A stretch of 64,000 nt of DNA from Desulfobacterales bacterium (GTDB taxonomy: Bacteria; Desulfobacterota; Desulfobacteria; Desulfobacterales; JBGLNM01): NCBI GenBank assembly GCA_041299705.1, contig JBGLNM010000001.1, positions 3,814 to 67,813 on the forward strand, written 5' to 3'. This document shows, one piece after another, positions 31,188 to 41,700 of this stretch (position 1 is the stretch's first letter; every line of letters starts with the position of its first letter). The notes under the pieces are model-generated. The model worked only from the letters and a program-made list of their open reading frames with translations. It did no database searches and was not told where the DNA came from. A program made the position numbers and the translations under genes.

Positions 31188-31457
31188 AGCGTAAGGAACC
31201 CTCCCGCTTCCGACCGTGAGCCCGTCGCACCGGCGCACCGCGGCCGCCGCCCCTGGGGCGGCAAGGCAGTGGACCTGCGGCAAAAGCCTTTCTTTCGACG
31301 GCCCTGCTTATAACAGCGCCGCGAAGGTCACGGCAAGCATTTTGTTGGCGGCGGCCCGATTTCTTTGGACTTGACGGATGCGCGCCGTGGCATTATAGAT
31401 GGGGAATTATCCGAACCGCCCCATCCCCAACCCCATCATTTCAGGAGGTGCACAGCC

Positions 31458-31783
31458 ATGAAAAAATGCCGATCTCTGCCGTTGCTGGTCGCGGTGCTCA
31501 CCCTCTCCCTCGCGGGATTCGCCCTCAACGGGGCGGCCCTCGCCCAGGACACCATCAAGCTGGGCGTCGCCGGGCCCCACTCCGGCGACCTGGCCTCCTA
31601 CGGTATCCCCACCACCAAGGCCGCCGAGCTGGTCGTGAAGGACATCAACGCCAAGGGCGGCGTCCTCGGCAAGCAGGTCCAGCTGGTCGTCGAGGACGAC
31701 GTCTGCAAGCCCGAAGTGGCGACCAACACGGCCACCAAGCTGACAAGCGACAAGGTTCCCCTCGTGCTGGGGCACATCTGCAG
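31458..31783 (+). pseudogene. 5' fragment of a LivJ-type branched-chain amino-acid ABC substrate-binding protein gene
   Basis: RBS AGGAGG. Signal peptide. IKLGVAGPHSGDLASYG..VVKDINAKGGVLGKQVQLVVEDD..PLVLGHICS, then an adapter remnant. Confidence 0.8.
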
Positions 31784-31793
31784 CTTCCGATCT
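31784..31793 (+). other. Probable Illumina adapter remnant (CTTCCGATCT)
   Basis: 10-nt match to the adapter 3' end, exactly where two convergent genes are both cut off. Confidence 0.6.
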
Positions 31794-32213
31794 GCGCTCC
31801 AGCAGGCGCGTGTAGTCGCGCAGCTGCCGGCGTTCGCTGTAGCGCGCCCGCGCCCTCAGCAGGGCCATGTGGAGGGCCTCGTCGTTGATGGGCTTGGTGA
31901 TGAAATCGGAGGCGTCCAGCTGCAGGGCGCGGACGGCCAGGTTCATTTCGCCGAAGGCGGTGGCCACGATGACCTCGATGTCGGCATGCCGGGCCTTGAG
32001 GGCTTCGAGGACCTGGATCCCGTCCATTTCGGGCATGCGCACGTCGGTGATGACGATCTGGGGCGACACCTCTTCGACCCGCCGCAGCCCAGCGGCTCCG
32101 TTTTCGGCCGCGGCGACCCGGTAACCGGCGTCTTCCAGGGTGATGGTCATCACCTCGCGGATGTCGGCTTCGTCGTCGATCAGAACGATCGTCCAGCCAT
32201 CTGCGGCGTTCAT
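31794..32213 (-). pseudogene. Response regulator (receiver domain), 3'-truncated after ~140 codons
   Basis: MNAADGWTIVLIDDEADIREVM..ITDVRMPEMDG..DFITKP. Similarity ends at ..RDYTRLLERR. Confidence 0.8.
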
Positions 32214-32323
32214 CCCTGCCTGCCTTCCGGGTGCAACGTGTCTTCATCCAAATCGCTATCGGGGCCGGTGTCGGTGTCCACGTCAGGGCCGAAGCCAGGC
32301 ATTTCGTTTCCATCTCCCTTCGG

Positions 32324-32357
32324 CGACGATTTCGGGTTCGGTTTGGATTTCGATTGG
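32324..32357. repeat. Degenerate period-6 tract
   Basis: cgacgatttcgggttcggtttggatttcgattgg, between the response-regulator start and the hisD stop. Confidence 0.5.
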
Positions 32358-32376
32358 CATGCTGGATGCATTCCCA

Positions 32377-33714
32377 TCAGCTCGCGCTTTGGGGCCCCCT
32401 CCCCTTCGGTCCGTCGAGCCTGACCCTGACCGCGTTGGCGTGGGCGCCGAGGCCCTCGATATCCGCCAGGCGCACGATGTCCGCGGCATCCTCCTCGAAG
32501 GCGGCCCGCGAGTAGCGGATCAGGCTGGTTTTTTTGACGAAGTGGTCGACGCTGAGGGCCGAGGCGTAGCGCGCCGTGCCGGCCGTGGGGAGAATGTGGT
32601 TGGGGCCGGCGATGTAATCGCCCACCGGTTCGGGGGTGTGGGTCCCCATGAACACCGCCCCGGCGTTGTGGATGCGGCCGATCCACTCCAGGGGCTCGGC
32701 GACCTGGAGTTCCAGGTGCTCCGGCGCGATCCGGTTGGCGAGCGCCACGGCGGCCCCGAGGTCCGGGGCGACGAAGATCGCACCGTAGCGCTCGATGGAG
32801 CGGCGGGCGATGTCGCGTCGCTCCAGGCGGTCCAGCTGCCGCTCCACGGCGGCGGAGACGGCGCGTGCCAGGGGCCGGGAATCGGTGGCCAGGATGGCCG
32901 ACGCCAGGGGGTCGTGCTCGGCCTGGGAGAGAAGGTCGGCGGCGACGTATTCGGGGGAGGCCGCACCGTCCGCGATCACCAGGATTTCGCTAGGCCCGGC
33001 GATCATGTCGATGCCCACGTCGCCGGCGACGATCTTCTTGGCCAGGGTGACGTAGATGTTTCCCGGCCCGACGATGACGTCGGCCCGGGGCACCGTCTCG
33101 GTGCCATAGGCCAGGGCGCCGACCGCCCACGCCGACCCGACCTTGTAGACCTCGTCGACGCCGGCCGCTCGGGCAGCCGCCAGGAGATGGGGGTTGAGGG
33201 TGCCCTCGCGGGTGGGCGGGGTCGCCATGACGATGCGCCCCACGCCGGCGATGCGGGCCGGGATGGCTCCCATCAGGACCGAGGAAACCAGCGGGGTGCG
33301 GCCCCCCTGGCCCCCCGGCACGTAGACCCCGGCGGTATCCACCGGCCGGACCAGCTGCCCCACCAGCACTCCGGGCCGCTCGGCGTCGATCCAGGAGTTG
33401 GCGACCTGGCGGCGGTGAAAGGCCTCGATCCGGGCGGCGGCGCGCTCCAGGGAGCGCCGGAAATCCGGCGCCACCTGTGCTTCTGCCGCGGCCGCTTCTT
33501 CGGCCGTGACCCGCAGGGTGTCGAGGCCGGCATTTTCGCAGTCGAAGCGGCGCGTGTAGGCGACGAGGGCCCTGTCCCCGTTTTTGCGCACGTCGGCCAG
33601 GATGCGCGTGACCTGGAGGAGGTCCTTCCGGCTGAAGGTCAACCCCCGCCCGGCGATGGCCGCCACGCGCCTGAGGGCCGCGGCCGAGGGGTAGGTGTAG
33701 ATTTTCATGCGCAC
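32377..33714 (-). CDS. hisD: Histidinol dehydrogenase
   Basis: 445 aa with full-length similarity (..SQAEHD.., ..[13 protein letters not shown]..). Confidence 0.96.
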   Translation of the reverse strand: MRMKIYTYPSAAALRRVAAIAGRGLTFSRKDLLQVTRILADVRKNGDRALVAYTRRFDCENAGLDTLRVTAEEAAAAEAQVAPDFRRSLERAAARIEAFHRRQVANSWIDAERPGVLVGQLVRPVDTAGVYVPGGQGGRTPLVSSVLMGAIPARIAGVGRIVMATPPTREGTLNPHLLAAARAAGVDEVYKVGSAWAVGALAYGTETVPRADVIVGPGNIYVTLAKKIVAGDVGIDMIAGPSEILVIADGAASPEYVAADLLSQAEHDPLASAILATDSRPLARAVSAAVERQLDRLERRDIARRSIERYGAIFVAPDLGAAVALANRIAPEHLELQVAEPLEWIGRIHNAGAVFMGTHTPEPVGDYIAGPNHILPTAGTARYASALSVDHFVKKTSLIRYSRAAFEEDAADIVRLADIEGLGAHANAVRVRLDGPKGRGPQSAS

Positions 33715-33822
33715 CTCCTCATCCAGGGCCGATTGCCTGTATTGGCAGCCGGTTGTAGGTTTTTAAGCCACCGGAGCCGGCTTGTCAACAGGGCGTTTCC
33801 ACCGTCCCATCCGGTGCGCCTA

Positions 33823-33886
33823 TCCAAATCCAAATCCAAATCGAAATCGAAATCGGGGTCGGGATCGAAATCGGAATCGAAATCGC
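33823..33886. repeat. Period-6 tract (CCAAAT/CGAAAT type)
   Basis: tccaaatccaaatccaaatcgaaatcgaaatcggggtcgggatcgaaatcggaatcgaaatcgcc. Confidence 0.8.
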
Positions 33887-33976
33887 CCCCGGGCGCCGCC
33901 CCCAGGCCCGGATCGCGAATCCGATCGCGACGTCGGTCCGGGTGAGGCCGCCTATCGGCAGGGCACCAATTACCAT

Positions 33977-34004
33977 TTGACAACCATCGGGGGATCTGTA
34001 CTAT
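33977..34004 (+). promoter_or_regulatory. Sigma70-like promoter facing serC
   Basis: TTGACA (33977-33982), a 16-nt spacer, then TACTAT (33999-34004). This would give a ~285-nt serC leader containing the repeat tract at 34089-34203. Confidence 0.4.
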
Positions 34005-34088
34005 TAAACAATTTGCAGCTGTGAAAGCGGTTCTTTTTGCCGCCGGGCCCTGTAGGGTTCCCGCTTGAGGCATAGCCGATTTTCCCCG

Positions 34089-34203
<115 letters not shown>

Positions 34204-34295
34204 TGGAGCCGGGCGCTTCCCGGCCGCCTCGAAATGATGTTTCACCAGGGGGCAACGAACCAGTCCACCCCGGCAACCAACGATCGGAGGAACCC

Positions 34296-35384
34296 ATGAA
34301 GCACGGCCGAATTCACAACTTCAACGCCGGCCCGGCAGCCCTGCCCCTGCCGGTGCTGGAGGAAATCCAGGAGAATTTCCTGAACTTCGCCGGGACCGGC
34401 ATGTCCATCACTGAAATCAGCCATCGGTCCAAGCCGTTCGAGGAGGTCCTCAACGACGCCGTGGAGCGGACCCGGCGGCTGCTGGGGCTCGACGGGCGCT
34501 ACCATGTGCTCTTCGTCCAGGGGGGCGCCAGCCTCCAGTTCTGCATGATCCCCATGAATCTCCTGGCCGACGGGCGTTCGGCGGACTACGTGGACACGGG
34601 CACCTGGGCCGGCAAGGCTATCCAGGAGGCCCAGATCCTTAAAAAAAGCATCCAGGTAATCGCCTCCTCCAAGGACCGCAACTACAGCTACATCCCGACC
34701 GGTATGCGTTTCAACCCCGATGCCGCCTACGTCCACATCACCTCCAACAACACCATCAAGGGAACCCAGTGGGCGCAGTACCCCGACACGGGCGGCGTGC
34801 CCCTGGTGGCCGACATGTCCTCCGACATCATGAGCCGCCCCGTCGATGTCGGACGCTTCGGGCTCATCTACGCCGGGGCCCAGAAAAACATCGGTCCGGC
34901 CGGGGTGTGCATGGTCATCCTGCGCGAAGACCTCCTTGAGGGGGCCGTCGAGGGCCTGCCGACCATGCTCAGGTATTCGACTTACGCGGGGAAGAACTCC
35001 CTCTACAACACCCCGCCCTGTTTCGCCGTCTACGCGGTGCAGCTGGTGCTCAAGTGGCTGGAGGAAACCGTCGGCGGGCTCCAGAAGATGGCGGCGATCA
35101 ACCGTGAGAAGGCCGAACTCCTTTACGGGGCCATCGACGCGGGCGGGTTTTACCGGGCAACGGCCGAAGAGGGGAGCCGGTCGATGATGAACGTCACCTT
35201 CCGGCTGCCGAGCGAGGAACTGGAAGGCCGTTTCGTCAAGGAGGCCCAGGAGAACGGCCTCGGCGGGCTCAAGGGCCACCGCTCCGTGGGCGGCTGCCGC
35301 GCCTCGATCTACAATCCCACCGGCCTCGATGCGCTGAAGGCCCTGACCCAGTTCATGGCCGAGTTCGCGCGCAGGAACGGGTAG
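34296..35384 (+). CDS. serC: Phosphoserine aminotransferase
   Basis: ATG at 34296. 362 aa. FNAGPAALP start, a PLP-Lys region (AGAQKNIGPAG) and a full-length match. Confidence 0.94.
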   Translation: MKHGRIHNFNAGPAALPLPVLEEIQENFLNFAGTGMSITEISHRSKPFEEVLNDAVERTRRLLGLDGRYHVLFVQGGASLQFCMIPMNLLADGRSADYVDTGTWAGKAIQEAQILKKSIQVIASSKDRNYSYIPTGMRFNPDAAYVHITSNNTIKGTQWAQYPDTGGVPLVADMSSDIMSRPVDVGRFGLIYAGAQKNIGPAGVCMVILREDLLEGAVEGLPTMLRYSTYAGKNSLYNTPPCFAVYAVQLVLKWLEETVGGLQKMAAINREKAELLYGAIDAGGFYRATAEEGSRSMMNVTFRLPSEELEGRFVKEAQENGLGGLKGHRSVGGCRASIYNPTGLDALKALTQFMAEFARRNG

Positions 35385-35454
35385 GGGCTGTCGTTTGCGG
35401 TTTTGCTTGACATGACGGGCGATGACGAATAATTACAGCGGACGGATCGATCGG

Positions 35455-37021
35455 TGATCCGTCGCGGCGCCCCCACCCCCAGCCGGCGCCGGAAAAGACC
35501 CTGGAGCCTGTGGCAGGAGAGGAAGGGGTCGAGGTCGAACCCCAGTTCGATGGTCCTCACCTTGCCCTCGGGCGCGATCCGGTAGCCCTCGGTCAGCTCC
35601 ATTTTCTGGCTGCCGCTGATGGCGACGACCACGTCGGTGATGCGCGCCAGCAGCCTTTCGATCCAGACGAAGAGCATGCTCTTGGACCAGGAGAAATAGC
35701 CCTTGAAGGCGTGGCCGTGGAAGGTGTGCACCGTGACGATGCGGCGGCCGTGGAGCAGCTCGTGGATCATGACGGCCAGGCGCGCGCTGGTGCCGGCCTT
35801 GGCGGTGTGGGTGTGGACGATGTCGGGCTCGACGCGGCGGATGATGGCGAAGATCCGGAAAAAGGACTTCAGGTCGCGGCTCAGGCTGATTTCGCGCTGC
35901 AGTTCGGGGACGGGGATGGGCCGGACGTCGCCGTCCTGGAAGAGATAGCTCATGTCCCCCTCCTGGGGGGAAATTTTCCCGGTGACCAGGTAGGACTCGA
36001 AACGCCGCCGGTCGAGGCCGTTGGTCAGCAGGTGGGCGTGGATGGCGGGCCCGCCGATGTTGAGCCGCGCGATCAGCCGCAGAACCCGGATCCGGCGCCC
36101 GGCCGGGGCCGCGCCCTCCCCCTCCCCGGCCAGGAGCTGGCCCAGGGCGCCGCGACGGCGCTCGAACCAGCGGATCACGGTGCCGGAAAAGAGGACCAGG
36201 CAGAAGCGGATGTAAAGCCCGATGCTCACCAGGGACCACAGGAGGTGGTGCCTGGGCTTGGCGTACTTCTTGAACAGGCTGAAGCTGCTCTTGTGAAACT
36301 CGTAGGCCGAGCGCGTGATGAGCTTTTCGCTGCTCACGCCGACGAAGTGCACCACCGCCGGCCTGGGGAAATAGACCACCTCCCAGCCCCCAAGCCACAT
36401 GCGCCGGCACCAGTCGGCGTCTTCCCAGTACATGAAGAAGCGCTCGTCGAACAGGCCGACCTCTTGGATGGCCGCGCGCCGCACGACCATGCAGGCCCCC
36501 GAGACCCAGTCCACCCGCATGGGGGACCGGCCGTCGGACTGGAGGCTGAGAAGGTTGCGGGTCGTGACCGGGTTTTTGGGAAACCAGCGCGACATGATGG
36601 AGGAGCGGCCGAAAAGGGCCGTCAGGGGGGTCGGGAAGGCCCGCGCCGAGTTCTGCAGGCGGCCGTTCTCCTCCAGGATCCGCGGCCCCATGACGGCCAC
36701 CCGGGGATTTTCCTGCATGAAGCGGATGGACTCCCGGAAAAAGCCTTTCCTCACGTAACTGTCGGGGTTGAGCAGGACCACGTACTCCCCCCGGGACGCC
36801 CTCAGGGCCTGGTTGACGGCCCTCCCGAAACCGAGGTTTTCCCGGTTGCGGGTCAGGACCGCCCGCGGGAACTCGGCCATGGCCTCCCCGATGTGGTCCC
36901 GGGAATCGTTGTCCTGGACGAGGACCCGGGCCTGGAGGCCATCCAGGTCCGCGTAGACGGACCTGAGGCAGCGCACGAGATAGTCGGTGCTCCGGTAGTT
37001 GACGATGATAATATCGATCAT
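35455..37021 (-). pseudogene. Glycosyltransferase fusion (GT2 domain, TM segment, GT4-type N-terminal half). The C-terminal GT4 half is missing.
   Basis: MIDIIIVNYRSTDYL.. GT2 core. IRVLRLIARLNIGGPAIHA..DIVHTHTAKAG.. GT4 N-domain. Similarity ends near ..RRRLGVGA, after which the ORF runs into AT-richer non-coding sequence behind serC. Confidence 0.7.
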
Positions 37022-37035
37022 GGTCGTTGACAGTG

Positions 37036-37325
37036 CATCGTTGTCGTTTTCGTTGTCGTTGCTTTTCTCGTTGTCGTTGTCGTAATCGTCATCGTAATCG
37101 GCAGTCAGCTAAAACCTGAAAGGGGCTCAAGGTTCAGGGTTTGTTGTCGTTGTCGTTGCTTTTCTCGTTGTCGTTGTCGTAATCGTAATCGTAATCGGCA
37201 GTCAGCAAAAACCTGAAAGGGGTTCAAGGTTCAGGGTTCAAGGTTCAGGGTTTGTTGCCGTTGTCGCTGCCTTTCTCGTTGTCGTTGTCGTAATCGTCAT
37301 CGTAATCGGCAGTCAAAACCCCGCT
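37036..37325. repeat. Composite tandem array, about 2.7 units of 97-111 bp
   Basis: The anchor gc(t/c)tttctcgttgtcgttgtcgtaatcg recurs at 37061, 37158 and 37269. Each unit has GTTGTC hexamers, CGTAAT hexamers, cggcagtcagc-aaaacctgaaagggg, then GGTTCAGGG repeats. Confidence 0.85.
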
Positions 37326-37349
37326 CCTCGCTCACCCGCCCCCCGCTCT

Positions 37350-37781
37350 TTACCCGTTGCCGGGGTCGTCATCGCCTTCGGCTTTCCCATCGCCACCGTC
37401 TTCTCCCCACTGCAGGGAAATTTCCCTCACTCCGTTCTCCGTTCCGCACAGCCTTGTCAGCATCGAGACGATTCGTACGAGCATTTCCTTGCCCTTCGAG
37501 CTTTCCGACTCATCGATGACTTCACAGGCGACGAGCGTATCGTGAACCGCCGCGCACTCCAGCGCCGACCCGCGCGCAATCTCGAAAAACCGCCGGCGAT
37601 CGGCTTTCGTTCCTTTGCCATTCCCCTCGGCGATGTTCTGTGGAATCGACTGGGACGCGCGCAGCAGCTGGTCCCGGGCGTGGCGGTCTATTCCTTTGAG
37701 CCGTTTGGCAAGCCGGTAGGCCCATGCGACGTAATCGATCGAGACCCGATAAACGTCAAGCTTCTCATGACCGAACGACAT
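37350..37781 (-). CDS. Four-helix-bundle protein of the 'S23 ribosomal / 23S rRNA intervening-sequence protein' family
   Basis: 143 aa. KLDVYRVSIDYVAWAYRL..RDQLLRASQSIPQNIAEGNGK..RRRFFEIARGSALECAAV fits the family pattern I remember. Acidic tail. Confidence 0.8.
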   Translation of the reverse strand: MSFGHEKLDVYRVSIDYVAWAYRLAKRLKGIDRHARDQLLRASQSIPQNIAEGNGKGTKADRRRFFEIARGSALECAAVHDTLVACEVIDESESSKGKEMLVRIVSMLTRLCGTENGVREISLQWGEDGGDGKAEGDDDPGNG

Positions 37782-37810
37782 GGCGCCCCTGTTTGAAAAA
37801 AATAAGGATG

Positions 37811-37855
37811 GATACGATTACGACAACGATTACGACAACGACAACGATGGTTACG
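37811..37855. repeat. Period-6 tract (GATTAC/GACAAC type)
   Basis: gatacgattacgacaacgattacgacaacgacaacgatggttacg. It contains CGATTACGACAACGA, the exact complement of TCGTTGTCGTAATCG found three times in 37036-37325. Confidence 0.8.
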
Positions 37856-37877
37856 CAAATACCAGGCCACTACACGG

Positions 37878-38705
37878 TCACCCGCAATGCTTTCTGGACC
37901 TGGCCAGCCGCGCCCGCTTGAGGATGTAGCGCACCAACGTCTCAAGGTCAAACGGAAAGGCCGCCCAGAAGGGGAGCTCGCCGTGGCGGATGAGGATCTC
38001 CTCCAGGTAGCCGACCCAGCGCCCCTGCCGGGAGAGCCCGCTTCCGCAGCGCGCGACGACACGGTCGACGGCATGCGCCCGGCGGCCTTCCAGGAAGAGG
38101 CGCAGGTTGAGCTGGTAGTCCCCCGACACCCGGTAGGGGATCCTTCCTCCCGCCCGGCCGCCGTAGCGGAAGCGCTCGAACACCCGCCGCCTGTAGAGGG
38201 CGGACTGGTGGTGGACGGTGTTCTTGAGGAGCAGGCGGGCATCGAAGCGGCTGCAAAAGAGGCGCCCGTCGGCCGTCAGCACCCGGCCGACGACGAGGTC
38301 CGCGCCGGCCGGCGGCGGGTCGACCGCCACCAGGGCCGCGAGGGTGTCGTCGTCGTGGAAGGCGTCGTCGACCCCCATGAAGTAGAGCCATTCGCCCCGG
38401 GCCGCGTCGACCCCGCGGTTCATGGCGTCGTAAATCCCCCGGTCCGGGCCCGACTCCCAGTGGTCGACCCGCGTGTCCAGGCCCCGCAGGACGTCCAGGG
38501 TTCCGTCGCCCGAGCCGCCGTCGACGACGATGAGTTCCCTGGGGCCCAGGCCCTGGCGCAGGATCCCGGCCACGGCCCCGGCGAGGCTCCCGGCCGCGTT
38601 CATGACCGGCAGGATGACGCTCACCAGGGGCGGCTCCCCGGGCCGGCGGAAATCCCCCGCCCCGGCCCGCCGCCCGCCCGTGATCCTCTGCGAGGCCGCT
38701 TTCAC
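37878..38705 (-). CDS. Family-2 glycosyltransferase
   Basis: 275 aa from GTG at 38705. [26 protein letters not shown].. GT2 signature. Confidence 0.85.
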   Translation of the reverse strand: MKAASQRITGGRRAGAGDFRRPGEPPLVSVILPVMNAAGSLAGAVAGILRQGLGPRELIVVDGGSGDGTLDVLRGLDTRVDHWESGPDRGIYDAMNRGVDAARGEWLYFMGVDDAFHDDDTLAALVAVDPPPAGADLVVGRVLTADGRLFCSRFDARLLLKNTVHHQSALYRRRVFERFRYGGRAGGRIPYRVSGDYQLNLRLFLEGRRAHAVDRVVARCGSGLSRQGRWVGYLEEILIRHGELPFWAAFPFDLETLVRYILKRARLARSRKHCG

Positions 38706-38764
38706 GATATCGGGCCCTTCACGTTTCCAGGGGAATCGAGCAGGATCGTCGGCTCGGCGTAAAG

Positions 38765-41700
38765 GACCGTGATCTTGCCCTTGAAGGGCTCGCCGCTTCG
38801 GCCGTCGTAGAGGGTGGCCTGGGCGCTTGCAGGCAGCCCCGCTTCCTCCAGAAGGGCCTTGATTTCTTCCTCCTTGGCACCGTCGAAGACCGGCGTGGCC
38901 ATGTGGACCCCGCGCTGGTATTCCCCGGCGAATTCCTCCAGTTCGCGCCCGTCAAGGCCGTCGATCATCTTCGCCAGAGAGGGGTCGCTGAAGATCCGCT
39001 TGAACTTTCTCTTCAGCTCGGCGTGCTTCCTGTCGGCCAGCAGCCGGCTGATCTGATCCCCCAGACCCCTGGCCGCCAGCCCGAGGTGGATTTCCAGAAT
39101 CTGGCCGACGTTCATCCGCGAGGGCACCCCCAATGGGTTGAGGACCATGTCGACCGGCCGGCCGTCTTCGAAATAGGGCATGTCCTCCACCGGCAGAATC
39201 CGCGACACCACTCCCTTGTTGCCGTGGCGTCCGGCCATTTTGTCGCCGACCGAGAGCTTGCGCTTCATGGCCACGTAGACCTTGACCATCTTGATGACCC
39301 CCGGGGCCAGGTCGTCGCCCTTGTCGTAGCGCCCGAACAGGTCCTCGGCTTCGTCACGGCAGGCCTGGCTCTGGATGCGGTACTGTTCCAGAAGGTCGTG
39401 CACCCTCTCCGTGGCCTCGGCATCTTCCAGGACGATACCCTCCAGCTGGCTCAAGGGAACGCCCGCCAGGGCGTCGGGGCTGATGCGCTTGCCCTTTTCG
39501 ATGAATATTTTTTTGCCTTTTTTCAGGGTGGTGCTGCATTTTTGCCCGGTCACGACCTGCTGCAGCTGCTCGCGCACGACCTCGCCGACGACCTCGATCT
39601 GGTCGTCGCGGTTCTTTTCGATGAGGCGCATATCGGCCTCCTCGATTTCCTGGATGCGCTTGTCCTTGCCGGCGCCCCGCCGCGAAAAGACCTTGGCGTC
39701 GATGACGATGCCCTGGACTCCCGGCGGCACCCTCAGGGAGGTGTCCTTCACGTCGCCTGCCTTTTCGCCGAAGATGGCGCGCAGGAGTTTTTCTTCGGGC
39801 GACAGCTGGGTCTCGCCCTTGGGGGTGATCTTGCCCACCAGGATATCGCCCTGGGTGACCTCTGCGCCCAGGCGGATGATGCCGCTTTCGTCCAGGTTGC
39901 GCAGGGCCTCGTCGCCGACGTTGGGAATGTCGCGCGTGATCTCCTCCTTGCCGAGCTTGGTGTCCCTGGAGACGACCTCGAACTCCTCGATGTGCACGGA
40001 GGTGTAGACGCCGTCGCTCACCAGGCGCTCGCTGACCAGGATGGAGTCTTCGAAGTTGTAGCCGCCCCAGGGCATGAAGGCCACCATGACGTTCTTGCCC
40101 AGTGCCAGTTCGCCCTTGTCGGTGGCGGGGCCGTCGGCGATGATGTCGCCGGCCTTCACCTTCTGCCCCTTCTTGACGATGGGGCGGTGGTTGAAGCAGG
40201 TGTTCTGGTTGGAGCGCAGGAACTTGGACAGGTTGTATACGGTGGCGTGACGCTGGATCTGCTGATTGGGGTCAAAGCCCAGGTCGGGCAGGCGCCTGGC
40301 GCTGTCGCCGGGTTCGTGGCGCAGCACGATGCGCGCGGCGTCCACGTCGACGACCTCCCCGTCACGCTGGGAGACGATGGTCACCCCCGAGTCCTTGGCC
40401 ACCACCCCCTCGATGCCGGTTCCCACCAGGGGAGCCTCGTTGACGATCAGCGGCACCGCCTGGCGCTGCATGTTGGAGCCCATGAGCGCGCGGTTGGCGT
40501 CGTCGTTTTCCAGAAACGGGATCAGGGAGGCGGAAACGCTCACCAGCTGGTTGGGGGAGATGTCCATCAGCTCGATCTTGTCCCGCTCCACCATCATGAA
40601 CTCGCCCTCCACGCGCGAGGTGACCAGGGGGTTGACGTACTCGCCCTTTTCGTTGACCGGAGCGTTGGCCTGGGCGATGGGGTGGTCCTTCTCCTCGAAG
40701 GCGCTCAGGAAGCGGACCTTCTCGCTGACCGTGGCGTCCTGGACCACGCGGTAGGGGGTCTCGATGAAGCCGTAGGCGTTGACCCGGGCGTAGGTGCTCA
40801 GGGAGACGATCAGCCCGATGTTGGGACCTTCGGGGGTCTCGTTGGGGCAGATACGGCCGTAGTGGGAGGGCTGCACGTCGCGGACCTCGAAGCCGGCGCG
40901 CTCGCGGGTCAGGCCGCCCGGCCCCAGGGCGCTCAGGCGCCGCTTGTGGGTGGTCTCGGACAGGGGGTTGGTCTGGTCCATGAACTGGCTCAGCTGGCTG
41001 GTGCCGAAAAATTCCTTCACCACCGCGGAGACCGGCTTCGGGTTGACCAGGTCGTTGGGCATCAGGGCGTCGACCTCCTGCATGCTCATGCGCTCCTTGA
41101 TGGCCCGCTCCATCCGGACCAGGCCGATGCGGTACTGGTTCTCGAGCAGCTCGCCCACGGCGCGCACGCGGCGGTTGCCGAGGTGGTCGATGTCGTCCAC
41201 GACCCCCTGGGTGTCCCGCAGCACCACCAGGGTCTTGGCGGTCAGGAGGATGTCCTCCTTGCGCAGGATTTTAAGGTTGATGTCGGTGTTGATGCCCAGG
41301 CGCAGGTTGATCTTGAGGCGCCCGACGCCCGAGAGGTCGTAGTAGATGGACTTGAAGAAAAGGTTGTCGAGAAACTCCTGGGCGACCTCCGGGGTGGCCG
41401 GGTTGCCCGGGCGCAGACGCCGGTAGATCTCTATCAGGGCGTCCTCCTTGGATTCGACCTTGTCGAGCAGGAGCGTCTTGCGGATGGAGTCACTGCCCGA
41501 CATGCCGTCGATGTAGAGCAGCTCCAGCTCGTTGATCCCGGCGGCGGCCAGGCGCGCGATAGTCTCCTCATCGACGGCTTCGTTGGCGTGCGCCAGCGTT
41601 TCCCCGGTCCCGGGAGCCGTCACGGTGCGCGCGAAAAAGCGCCCGAGGACGTCCTCGGACCCGATGGGGATCTCCTCCAGGCCGGCGGTCACGATCTGCT

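Noticed and set aside
37036-37325. Possible CRISPR array (regularly spaced repeats).
   Set aside because: The units are contiguous with no unique spacers. They are internally made of 6- and 7-nt sub-repeats, and no cas genes are in the window.
37350-37781. Four-helix-bundle protein as the Avd component of a diversity-generating retroelement.
   Set aside because: No reverse transcriptase ORF and no template/variable repeat pair with A-specific differences can be found in this block.
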